Translations under genes and position numbers: made by a program
The notes under the pieces: model-generated
Seen by the model: the letters and a program-made list of their open reading frames with translations, nothing else
Database searches by the model: none
What the model was told of the DNA's origin: nothing
Shown here: positions 43,326 through 51,591 of the stretch, one piece after another
Position numbering within the stretch: position 1 is the first letter of the stretch
Layout of the letters: every line of letters begins with the position of its first letter
Assembly (NCBI GenBank): GCA_963666485.2
Contig: CAXXUO010000009.1
Coordinates: 320,001 to 384,000 of the forward strand
From: Syntrophorhabdaceae bacterium
Lineage (GTDB): Bacteria; Desulfobacterota; Syntrophorhabdia; Syntrophorhabdales; Syntrophorhabdaceae
Direction: 5' to 3'
DNA length: 64,000 bases

Positions 43326-43931
43326 TTACCTGTCTTTTCCAAGGGCGTCCAACATCTTAGCCAGCGACAGGATCCTGAGTTCCTGGGACTCAACCAATCC
43401 TCTTAGATGGGCAATTTTGGTCGCGTCTTTCTGGTTTTGCTCCCGCGATGCAAAATCAAAGGAGGTCGGAGCAAAAGAGGAAAGGGCCAAACTTACTCTG
43501 CTTGCCATGACAAATGTTTTTTTGCCGGCGGTATATAATGTTATGGCGCTTCCCGCCCGGAATGCGCGCCGCTTCGCCAAAACCATTTCCGCCACTGTTG
43601 GGTCTTTGGGCTTTATGCGGAGCGATATTCCCGTGAGGGCATTGGCTCCTTCGGATTCGCCGGTGGAACCCGGCCCCTTGAATGGGTCGGCAGTACCCGG
43701 GGCTTGCAAGATGCTGGCCGCCGATCTTTGCCGGATTATCAATGCGCTGTAATCCTGGAGAAAATCGCAGTATGGCTGCTGAAATGCTGTCACCCACCGG
43801 GCTGCCTTCTGGGCGAGCGTCGCCTCAGAAACGACGGGACAGGGTAGGTCTATCCCTGATAGATCCGGCGCAAAGCCGCACAATACAACCATTGATGTAC
43901 ACAAAACAAAGATTCCGGGACGCATGGTCAT
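43326..43931 (-). CDS. Secreted helical protein, paralogue 2
   Basis: Signal-like N-terminus; FAPTSFDFASREQNQKDA. Confidence 0.55.
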   Translation of the reverse strand: MTMRPGIFVLCTSMVVLCGFAPDLSGIDLPCPVVSEATLAQKAARWVTAFQQPYCDFLQDYSALIIRQRSAASILQAPGTADPFKGPGSTGESEGANALTGISLRIKPKDPTVAEMVLAKRRAFRAGSAITLYTAGKKTFVMASRVSLALSSFAPTSFDFASREQNQKDATKIAHLRGLVESQELRILSLAKMLDALGKDR

Positions 43932-44683
43932 CTTCCTTCCAGGGCATGGCGCATTTCCCCCTGCGACATCACCGCGAGTATTTCCGCCTGAAGCATGGTA
44001 TTGTAATATGTCAGCTTTGCTAGGTCTTTTACGGCCTGGTCGGATTTCCCGGAATCGAACGCCGAAGGACTGAATCCGGATAATTCACCGCGAAACCTCT
44101 CGGCGACATATATGCCCTGGGCGGCGCGCTCGTAGGTCGCAACAGATGCCTGGCTGAATATGTCCCGAAGCTTGAGTGCGGCGAAATCCGCCGTCGAAAA
44201 ATGCTTCATTTTCGCGGTTCCGCCGCCCGGCGCCCCTGCGATAAGGATGGAAACTTCACGGGTTTTTTTCTGGAACTGGGAAAAATCAGAGCCCGTAAGC
44301 GGTAAGCCGAGCGGCGCCTTTGATCGTGCCAGCTCGTTATAATACTTGCCGCTGGCCGTTGAAAAAGCCCCGGTGCTGTTTACCATGTAGTCCGAGATCA
44401 TGCTCTTTATGGATGATGTCATGTCATAGTTCGTGAATGTGATGCCCTTTGTATTGAGTTTTCCGGCCTCCAGCTTCATTTTGACTTCTTCATTCCAGAC
44501 TGACTGTATCTTTTCGGTAATAACCTGGGTAACCATTGTCTGGATCAGAGGCATTAACGTCTGGTAATTTGTCACTGTGACGGCAGTCCCGTAAGCACTT
44601 GTAGCGAGAATACAGAGAAATAAAATTGCGCACAGAATTTTACCAGTCCTGGTCGAAATACATCTGAGCATTGTTCTCCTCAT
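43928..44683 (-). CDS. Secreted helical protein, paralogue 3
   Basis: Signal peptide; VTNY; FSPSAFDSGKSDQAVKDL; SD GGAGG. Confidence 0.6.
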   Translation of the reverse strand: MRRTMLRCISTRTGKILCAILFLCILATSAYGTAVTVTNYQTLMPLIQTMVTQVITEKIQSVWNEEVKMKLEAGKLNTKGITFTNYDMTSSIKSMISDYMVNSTGAFSTASGKYYNELARSKAPLGLPLTGSDFSQFQKKTREVSILIAGAPGGGTAKMKHFSTADFAALKLRDIFSQASVATYERAAQGIYVAERFRGELSGFSPSAFDSGKSDQAVKDLAKLTYYNTMLQAEILAVMSQGEMRHALEGR

Positions 44684-44719
44684 GATTTTCCCCTCCGCAC
44701 TAAATAAATAGCATCAGCC

Positions 44720-45811
44720 TTATTCATTCATGAAACGGGTAAGATCGTTCGAAACCCTTCGCGCATCCAGTTCGTCCACGGCTCCCGAAATAACGAGACT
44801 CTTCAGGCTCTGGTTAAGCGTCCATCCCACCGCTCTACTTCTCTGTTCGTCGCGGAGCCGATCATATTGGCCTGCAAGAATAAGCTCGCGTGTATTTAAT
44901 TGCTGTACGTCCAGGTATTCCGTCGCGAGGAGCAGTTCACCGGGTTTTGAGCTCGATCTTGCGGCGGGTACGAGAACCTGCACCATGATGGCGAGGAGCA
45001 CGTCAGTGAGTTCCTGGATGACCCATGACTGTTTTTCGATGGGGAACATGGATGCTATGCGCGAAGGCACCTGGGTGGCCATCAGCGTGTGGATGGTCGT
45101 GAATACAATATGACCTGTCTTGGCGGCCTGGATTGCGGCGAGGGACGTCTCGGGGTCCCTTACCTCTCCCACAAGGATAAGGTCCGGCCGCTGGCGCATC
45201 GCGGCCCGAAGCGCCTTTTCGAAGGACAACGTCGTCGTACCGACCTCGCGCTCTATTATGTTGCCCAACCCGTCCGGTATATCATACTCGATCGGATCCT
45301 CGATCGTGACGCAATTGAGGGCCCTTGATCGAAGAAGAAATGCAATTATCGACGCAAGGGTTGTTGATTTTCCGCTCCCGGTCGGCCCGGCTATGAATAT
45401 GATGCCTCCTGCCGAACTATCGAGGATGAGCTTCACAAGCTTGTCCGGGATGCCAAGTTTCGCGGGTTCCGGTTCTACGGACCTCAGGCGCCGCATAACG
45501 ATCGCGACCCCTTTCTTTGACAGGCAAATGTTCACGCGAAAACGGAACGCTCTCTTTTCTCGTGCGCTCCCTGTATGCTTTGTATACGAGAGATCTTTTT
45601 CTTCCCTGTCATACAGCTGCGACCGGGCACCCGGGATCTTCAATATACGTTCTATCGCGTTGTCCAGTTCATAGCCCTCAGGAGGCCGCATACAGGCCTT
45701 GGTCATCCGCCCGTGTATTCTCAGGAAAGCGGGGCTTTCGGACTGTATATATATGTCGGAAGCGTTTTCCCTGATGGCCTCGTCAATTATCTCATCGAAG
45801 AAATTTTCCAT
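44720..45811 (-). CDS. PilT-family traffic ATPase, DotB/TraJ-like
   Basis: GPTGSGKST, TIEDPIEY, LVGEVRD and TGHIVFTTIHT; lacks the PilT AIRNLIRE motif. Confidence 0.85.
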   Translation of the reverse strand: MENFFDEIIDEAIRENASDIYIQSESPAFLRIHGRMTKACMRPPEGYELDNAIERILKIPGARSQLYDREEKDLSYTKHTGSAREKRAFRFRVNICLSKKGVAIVMRRLRSVEPEPAKLGIPDKLVKLILDSSAGGIIFIAGPTGSGKSTTLASIIAFLLRSRALNCVTIEDPIEYDIPDGLGNIIEREVGTTTLSFEKALRAAMRQRPDLILVGEVRDPETSLAAIQAAKTGHIVFTTIHTLMATQVPSRIASMFPIEKQSWVIQELTDVLLAIMVQVLVPAARSSSKPGELLLATEYLDVQQLNTRELILAGQYDRLRDEQRSRAVGWTLNQSLKSLVISGAVDELDARRVSNDLTRFMNE

Positions 45812-45829
45812 AATTACAGTGCGCTTTAC

Positions 45830-46153
45830 CTACCTGCAGCGCAGCGAATCCGTACCGACAAGATATGTCAGGTATCTTCTCAAAATACTTGCACGGCAAT
45901 AGCCTCGCTGTTTTATCTCCTCCTTTCTTTTTACCTGCGCAAAAATAACGAGGACGACCGAGATTGACACACCGGAAATGCCGACAAAGATTCCCAACAT
46001 GTGCGATATATAGGAACAAAGCCCTGAAAGGCCATTCCCGAGCATTGCCGGGCAGATCGAGATGATGAGGTCCTCCATGGTCAAGTTCAGCCTCGGGACC
46101 AGGATGGAACCGTTGATACCCTGGTAGTTATGCCTCTTCCCGGAACCTATCAT
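45830..46153 (-). CDS. Small two-TM protein, VirB3/IcmT-like by size and position
   Basis: Start ATG 46153 overlaps the upstream stop (ATGA); 107 aa; hydrophobic pair then basic tail. Confidence 0.5.
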   Translation of the reverse strand: MIGSGKRHNYQGINGSILVPRLNLTMEDLIISICPAMLGNGLSGLCSYISHMLGIFVGISGVSISVVLVIFAQVKRKEEIKQRGYCRASILRRYLTYLVGTDSLRCR

Positions 46154-46536
46154 CCTGCCGCACTCTTCATCGTTGCCTTGACAATCCCCAGAATAAAGGA
46201 AAGAGACACGAGGCATCCCCCGAATGCCACTTTCTTCCAGGCGCCCTGGGCGCCCTGCGGGTTGTTGTCCCTGTTTGCCATGGAAATGAAACCCCAGACA
46301 ATAAGGCCTGTACCAGCGCAAAAAGATATTGCCAGCAGTCCGTTCATCAGCATTGTGGACAAGCTTGTCAGAAATGACTCGGCGGTATTCGATCCTTCAC
46401 CCCATGTGACGCTGAACGAATCAGCTCCTCCTGTCCGTGAGGTCAGACAGAAAAACAGCAGCGATACGGGCAAAATACGGCTGAACAGGGGACATGCCCG
46501 CATCACTTTCTTAACCATGCCGAACTTCTCAATCAT
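46150..46536 (-). CDS. Pilin-like membrane protein (VirB2 / IcmD-DotP-like)
   Basis: Start ATG 46536 with SD AAGGAG; leader, then two hydrophobic helices around NRDNNPQG. Confidence 0.6.
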   Translation of the reverse strand: MIEKFGMVKKVMRACPLFSRILPVSLLFFCLTSRTGGADSFSVTWGEGSNTAESFLTSLSTMLMNGLLAISFCAGTGLIVWGFISMANRDNNPQGAQGAWKKVAFGGCLVSLSFILGIVKATMKSAAG

Positions 46537-47014
46537 CCGTGTTTCTCCTTTCATATTGTGTGATATCTTCAAACAATGCTCTTTCCTTTTCCGATTGAAA
46601 ATAGATCTCCCCGATCTTAAGTTTCAGGCCGCCGTATATGTATCGTTCAACACTTATCTTGAGATACGATATGAGATAGCCCACAAGTGTGAGGCTCATA
46701 ACAAGTTGAATAATAATAAGAATTCCCACACCGTGGCCCCCTGAGCAGACCCGCGATATTATGTTGTTGGTTCCGGCACCAAAAGCTATGAGAAGCCCGA
46801 ACAGGCCTGCCAGTTTCAGCCACGACTTTACCTTGTTCTGACGGGACATCAATCCTGCGCATTCATCGATACTAAACTCATGCGCCCTGCCGCCCGCAAT
46901 TTCGAGGATGAGCATTTCAGCGTGTTCACCTGTACGCGCGCAGGCAATGACTTTCTTTTGTACGGGGAAAGGTATTTTATCGTCATATTTGCCCGGCGAA
47001 TATCTGATCAACAT
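46529..47014 (-). CDS. Two-TM hypothetical protein in T4SS cluster
   Basis: 161 aa, two hydrophobic segments, coupled to neighbours. Confidence 0.55.
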   Translation of the reverse strand: MLIRYSPGKYDDKIPFPVQKKVIACARTGEHAEMLILEIAGGRAHEFSIDECAGLMSRQNKVKSWLKLAGLFGLLIAFGAGTNNIISRVCSGGHGVGILIIIQLVMSLTLVGYLISYLKISVERYIYGGLKLKIGEIYFQSEKERALFEDITQYERRNTDD

Positions 47015-47017
47015 CTC

Positions 47018-47656
47018 TTAGTCTATCCGGATCGGCTGCCGTCCAAACTTCTTGTAAAATGACAGGGCGTCGTCGCATGTTCCCTTGAACGCTTTGCCAA
47101 TAACGGCCCATCTCCCGCCTTCACCGTAGGGCGCGATCGTGAGAAATACATCGTCCGGTTTTTTTGTATTGCTGAGAAAGAGAAAGGCCTCGCTCTCCGT
47201 AAAAAAGGACTCGATCAGAAAGTAACAGAAGTTTGCCCTGTCTTTCTTCAGCCAGTCGCCCCCGGCGTCGTCGCTGACAAACTGCGGAGGGGCCACGATC
47301 TTCCAGGTAAGCCCCGGGGCCGAATACATGCTTCCGTCACCGCTTATCTTTGCGGGATTGTATACAAGTCGAACCTGGGCGGGCATGATCGCACCGCCTT
47401 TTATCAATTCAAGATACAGAAGCTGATCGCGGTATTTTCGGACAAAATCCCGCAGCATCTCATCCATTTCCGCCCTGCACAGGGCCATGCCCTCCCGCCT
47501 GCCCTCCTGCCTGCCCTCGTCGCGGGCCGCAAGGACCGATTCCTTTTCGATGGCGTCCGACGATATCTGGCGGATCGCAGGAGAACATCCCCACGATGTC
47601 ATAAGGATCACGATCACTAAGATAACTGTGGCTAGAAGATGACCGATATTTTTCAT
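47018..47656 (-). CDS. Lipoprotein, DotC/TraI-like core with possible C-terminal SPOR-like domain
   Basis: Lipobox SWGC; LYLELIKGGAIMPAQV...ISGDG...KIVAPPQF...W resembles the DotC C-terminal pattern. Confidence 0.55.
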   Translation of the reverse strand: MKNIGHLLATVILVIVILMTSWGCSPAIRQISSDAIEKESVLAARDEGRQEGRREGMALCRAEMDEMLRDFVRKYRDQLLYLELIKGGAIMPAQVRLVYNPAKISGDGSMYSAPGLTWKIVAPPQFVSDDAGGDWLKKDRANFCYFLIESFFTESEAFLFLSNTKKPDDVFLTIAPYGEGGRWAVIGKAFKGTCDDALSFYKKFGRQPIRID

Positions 47657-47663
47657 GAATACC

Positions 47664-47930
47664 TCATTTGGTCACATTGTCTCTCGCGTGCCTGCTTTCA
47701 TTTCTGCCCGATCTCTGCTCATACTGATATGAAAAATCGGAGGAAAACGTTTTTACGAAGGCGATCTGCCGCGCCAGAACATTTATGACTTCCGACGATG
47801 ATACCGAAAGAGGCGGTACAACCTGCCCTTCTTTTTGCCCGGCCCACAAAGCATCCGGGGTGACCAGGATCAATGCGGTCAGAAAAACATGAGCGAAACA
47901 AACTCTATTTGTATGAAAAAATTTTCCCAT
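47664..47930 (-). CDS. Small secreted protein in T4SS cluster
   Basis: 88 aa with signal-like segment; fills the gap in the operon. Confidence 0.45.
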   Translation of the reverse strand: MGKFFHTNRVCFAHVFLTALILVTPDALWAGQKEGQVVPPLSVSSSEVINVLARQIAFVKTFSSDFSYQYEQRSGRNESRHARDNVTK

Positions 47931-48765
47931 CCGCTATCCTCCGTACCGTAATTTCATGCCGGCGTGAGCCGATCACGCTTGTCCCGCTCCCCAGATCTAT
48001 CCAGAACTCGGCATTGCCGACAGGACTTACCTTGCCGGCGATCATAAAGACGTACATATCGGGCTTCGTCAGCTTCATCATGCGCAGGAACGGGCGTGAA
48101 TCAAGCGTGATCAGCGAAGGTGACCGGCCTTCGAGAAGAATATCTTCCGCCGAGCCCTTTTCGGGTAGACGCCCGGTGGTGATCACGCGGACCATTGCGT
48201 CCGTCGCTGACGCAAGATCATCAGCGCCATGCCGTTTTACATTGACGGTAAGGTCGGCTTCCCCCGACGCTGCGTCTTCTACCAGGAGATAATGATGCGG
48301 AAGGGAACCGCCGTCTTTCTTTTCAAACACGATCAGATTTGTTGTTTTGAACTCCTTTATGGGAAAAATGACAAGGGAGTTATCTTTTATATCGATACTG
48401 AATTTTTCCCGGGCCCCGATTGCGACATCATCGCCGGAAAAGGGGAAAGGCAGGTTTAAAACGGTTCCGTACCCGTATGCAAGACGCAATCTTGGTACCA
48501 GTCCAGCGACCTCTTGCACGTCAATTATTTTCGTCCGCGCTAATTCCCTGTCTTTTTCCATGATCGGTTTCAGGCGTCTCACCTTATCCTTCATTTCCAT
48601 TACGTCCTTTTCCGACAGATCGAACGGCGGGACGATAATAGGGTCTTCCGGAAGGTGTCGTTGCTGCTGCTGTTTCTCCGGCTCGGGTGGCTTATCCGGC
48701 GCGGCATCAGCCGGCAGCTGGCTCAGAAAAACGGACAATGTAAAGGCCAAAAGGGTTTTCCACAC
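47905..48765 (-). CDS. VirB9/DotH (IcmK)-like periplasmic core protein
   Basis: GTG start with SD AAGGAG; signal peptide; PRLRLAYGYGTVLNLPFP...TNLIV. Confidence 0.6.
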   Translation of the reverse strand: MWKTLLAFTLSVFLSQLPADAAPDKPPEPEKQQQQRHLPEDPIIVPPFDLSEKDVMEMKDKVRRLKPIMEKDRELARTKIIDVQEVAGLVPRLRLAYGYGTVLNLPFPFSGDDVAIGAREKFSIDIKDNSLVIFPIKEFKTTNLIVFEKKDGGSLPHHYLLVEDAASGEADLTVNVKRHGADDLASATDAMVRVITTGRLPEKGSAEDILLEGRSPSLITLDSRPFLRMMKLTKPDMYVFMIAGKVSPVGNAEFWIDLGSGTSVIGSRRHEITVRRIADGKIFSYK

Positions 48766-49390
48766 TGCGCACTCCTTTATACAGCTTTATTTCATACATC
48801 TTGGTCTTGATATCGGCGTTGGCCGCTTCCTCGCCAACGACACGTACCGCGTTTAACCGTACCGCTACGAGAATGACGGCCTGTTTGCCGTTCATCTTGG
48901 CATCCTTAAGATTGTGCCATTCGGCTGTCACGACCAGTTTCTGGTCTGCCAGTGACTTGAGGTAATTGTCACGGTAAGGTTCATAAAATGCCTTGAAAGA
49001 TGCCGGATCGAAATGGCGCGACATACGGGTCATCCTGCCGGCAAGATCATCTTTCGATTTCACTTCAACATAGGTCCATGCGAGAATATCTTTGATAGCA
49101 TCTTTGCAGAAGATCTCAAGCTCCGGCCAGTATATTTTGTCCGGGTCGTCAACACGGATCAGCGACGGGCGGCCCGTTGCATCCATGAATACGATCTTAT
49201 CCTTCCCCTTGCCCACCGCAACGATCACGATCGATGCAGCCACGATCATCATGGATAATGCCAGCATCGCGCAAGGCAGTATGATCAGGGCGGTCGACGA
49301 AAATTTGAGACCTTTGAAGATCCCTATTTCAATGGCGAGCGCTTCGCTGTTGCTTTTGGCTTGTGTGACGCTTTTTTCTTCTTTCACCAC
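48707..49390 (-). CDS. VirB8/TrbF/DotI-like bitopic protein
   Basis: One TM helix, periplasmic domain, C-terminal ENPFGLYI motif; probable GTG start near 49390. Confidence 0.7.
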   Translation of the reverse strand: MVKEEKSVTQAKSNSEALAIEIGIFKGLKFSSTALIILPCAMLALSMMIVAASIVIVAVGKGKDKIVFMDATGRPSLIRVDDPDKIYWPELEIFCKDAIKDILAWTYVEVKSKDDLAGRMTRMSRHFDPASFKAFYEPYRDNYLKSLADQKLVVTAEWHNLKDAKMNGKQAVILVAVRLNAVRVVGEEAANADIKTKMYEIKLYKGVRSVENPFGLYIVRFSEPAAG

Positions 49391-49447
49391 ATGGTCACCT
49401 TTTTCGCTATATGTTAAATAGCAGCGTTCAAAAGAAAGGGGTTCCAC

Positions 49448-49711
49448 ATGACCGAAACGATCTTAAAATTCTTGAATAACGCCCAATCGACCGTTTCACC
49501 CGTTATACCCGTAATAGGAGTCTTTCTCATAATACGGGGTCTCATCCGGCTGGCGCATGGCAACGAGGCGGCAAAGGGCGGCAGCGGGGGCGGCAAGCTC
49601 ATTATCATCGGGTCCTGCCTGACGTGTTATGAAACGATCTCATCGGTCGTTATCAGTACCCTGCAGAGCTGCGGCCTTGATGTAGGCAATGTGATCAGGG
49701 TCAGCTGGTAA
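49448..49711 (+). CDS. Small membrane protein, IcmC/DotE/TraQ-like
   Basis: IGVFLIIRGLIRLA...GGGKLIIIGSCL helical hairpin; SD-like AAGGG. Confidence 0.55.
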   Translation: MTETILKFLNNAQSTVSPVIPVIGVFLIIRGLIRLAHGNEAAKGGSGGGKLIIIGSCLTCYETISSVVISTLQSCGLDVGNVIRVSW

Positions 49712-49768
49712 TGTAAGCTTCACCCGCGGTTTTGGATGACGGCCCTGTCAATCATGAGACGGCCGGCC

Positions 49769-51445
49769 TTACCTTTTGACATATTTGATAAGCCTCATTT
49801 CGCTGACGTTCCCTTTTGGTTGGACAAACCTGGTCTTGAAGCGCCTTATAACGTCCCCGGCGAATATATAACCTTCGCCTGTTGCAAGTTCTGCCAGGTC
49901 TCGCATTTCGATCCGGCTGCCCTTCTGAAAGGCATATGTCCCGTCCCAGTTGCCGAGATTTTCCGTTAACCTGCCATCGCTGCGGATGTTCGGCATCATA
50001 AAGAAGGATTCGCCCGCCCTTTCCCCCAGGAACCTGGCTGTATCCGTATCTTCAATCTTCATGACAATCTTATAGTTCGTATTGCCTATCAATCGCTTCG
50101 CATCCGTTTCAGAAGCTTTGAACAGGGACGCCAGTTCCTGGACCGAGATGATGACCCCGAAACCAAGAGACCTTCCCTGCGCAAGAACCGTGTCAAAACC
50201 TTCAACCGCATACGACCCATATTCATCGGCGATGAGCGTGAAAGGGACGTCCGGCCGGCGCCTTTTCACGTCACGGCGGATCCTTTCATAATCGCCTTCC
50301 ACTTCTGTCCCCAGCGCGGTTGTGAGGGCGATCTTAAAAGCATTGAGGGTGAGCCTCCCCAACGCCTGAAGGGTTGACAGTGAATATGACAATGACGGCA
50401 GCAGGACAATGAGTATCCGGCTGTTCGAGACCGCGTCGACCATGTCTATCTCGGGAGCATCGGTATCGAATATCCGATTGAATGTACCGGCAAGAAGGTC
50501 AAGGGGCGCTCCCCATTGCTGCACGAAAAACCCGTACTGACGCAACGCTTCGGCCGCAGCCGGTGATATTCTCCCCCCTCCAGCCGCGTTGCGGTACTCT
50601 TGCCAACCCGGAAGTTCGCCGAGCAATGCCCTGAGCCGGGCTTTCACCGGGGTCCCGTTATCGTATAATGGATACCTGTCGTCGGCTTCCAGGGCGATCA
50701 CGGAGTCGAACGAAAGGGAACGGCGGACTTCTGACGGAGTAAGTACGTAATCGCCGAACACGTCCGGATTGTCCCGCCTGTATACCAACTGAGCAAGCAC
50801 CGCCTTCATGAGTATCTTTCCGCGTTCCTGCCAGTAGATCTGGTCACCTTGAGCCTGTTTCAAAAATCCCGCCATGATCTCAGCGAGAAAATCAGCATCG
50901 CCATGGGTCATGAAGTTGAATGTATGTGACTGTGTCGGATTGAGGAAATTGAGGACGAGCAGATCCTCAAGCCGGTCGCAGTCTTCCACTATTTCGTACA
51001 GTACTGCATACGTATCGGTCACATCTGATTTTCCATCGATGAAACAAAATCCCCCTCCCAGCATCATGATGGACTCCGCCACGCTTCGAATTGCCGTCGT
51101 TTTGCCCGATCCGGTCGTACCTATGAGCATTCCGTGGCGGGTTATCTCGGAAACCGGCAGTAAGACGGGTATTCCGCACTCGTCATCTCCAAGAGAAATT
51201 GCGGGATCTTCGCGTATGCGCATAAAAACCGGTCCGGGAGAATTGTCCGAGGCCATGAGCTGAATGATCGCACCCGCTAAAAATACGCACAGGGCGAAAA
51301 AGCAACTGAAATAAGCTGCTGCCACGGTGAACACCGTCATAACGAACGGGTTGACCCAGCGGATCATGAGCCAGGTGCGGGGGCGCAGCTTTGAGGCGGG
51401 TGTGATCCGTGCGCGTTCGGCCCTGTCGTTGATGGATCGTGACAT
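49769..51445 (-). CDS. Type IV coupling protein, DotL/IcmO/TrbC-like
   Basis: N-terminal TM helices; HGMLIGTTGSGKT; GFCFIDGK; DEYGSYAVEGF...AQGRSLGF; NTNYKIVMKIED; probable ATG 51445. Confidence 0.85.
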   Translation of the reverse strand: MSRSINDRAERARITPASKLRPRTWLMIRWVNPFVMTVFTVAAAYFSCFFALCVFLAGAIIQLMASDNSPGPVFMRIREDPAISLGDDECGIPVLLPVSEITRHGMLIGTTGSGKTTAIRSVAESIMMLGGGFCFIDGKSDVTDTYAVLYEIVEDCDRLEDLLVLNFLNPTQSHTFNFMTHGDADFLAEIMAGFLKQAQGDQIYWQERGKILMKAVLAQLVYRRDNPDVFGDYVLTPSEVRRSLSFDSVIALEADDRYPLYDNGTPVKARLRALLGELPGWQEYRNAAGGGRISPAAAEALRQYGFFVQQWGAPLDLLAGTFNRIFDTDAPEIDMVDAVSNSRILIVLLPSLSYSLSTLQALGRLTLNAFKIALTTALGTEVEGDYERIRRDVKRRRPDVPFTLIADEYGSYAVEGFDTVLAQGRSLGFGVIISVQELASLFKASETDAKRLIGNTNYKIVMKIEDTDTARFLGERAGESFFMMPNIRSDGRLTENLGNWDGTYAFQKGSRIEMRDLAELATGEGYIFAGDVIRRFKTRFVQPKGNVSEMRLIKYVKR

Positions 51446-51591
51446 TGTAAGAGAAGAATAGCGCCCGGTATGGCTTTGAGGCAAAATATGAGAATGGCAT
51501 ATTGTGGCTTTTTACTCTTGTTTGTGGTTAAAAGGTATCAAATATGGTATATTACGCCATATTTAGTCGCGTCCAACGTAAGGAGGGTACC

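Noticed and set aside
44720..45811. Type IV pilus retraction gene pilT
   Set aside because: It lacks AIRNLIRE, no pilin/PilC/secretin genes are nearby, and it is embedded among T4SS genes, so DotB/TraJ-like fits better.
36557..51591. Intact ICE or integrated plasmid with att sites
   Set aside because: I saw no flanking direct repeats, tRNA target, integrase, relaxase or rep gene. Short repeats could be missed by eye.
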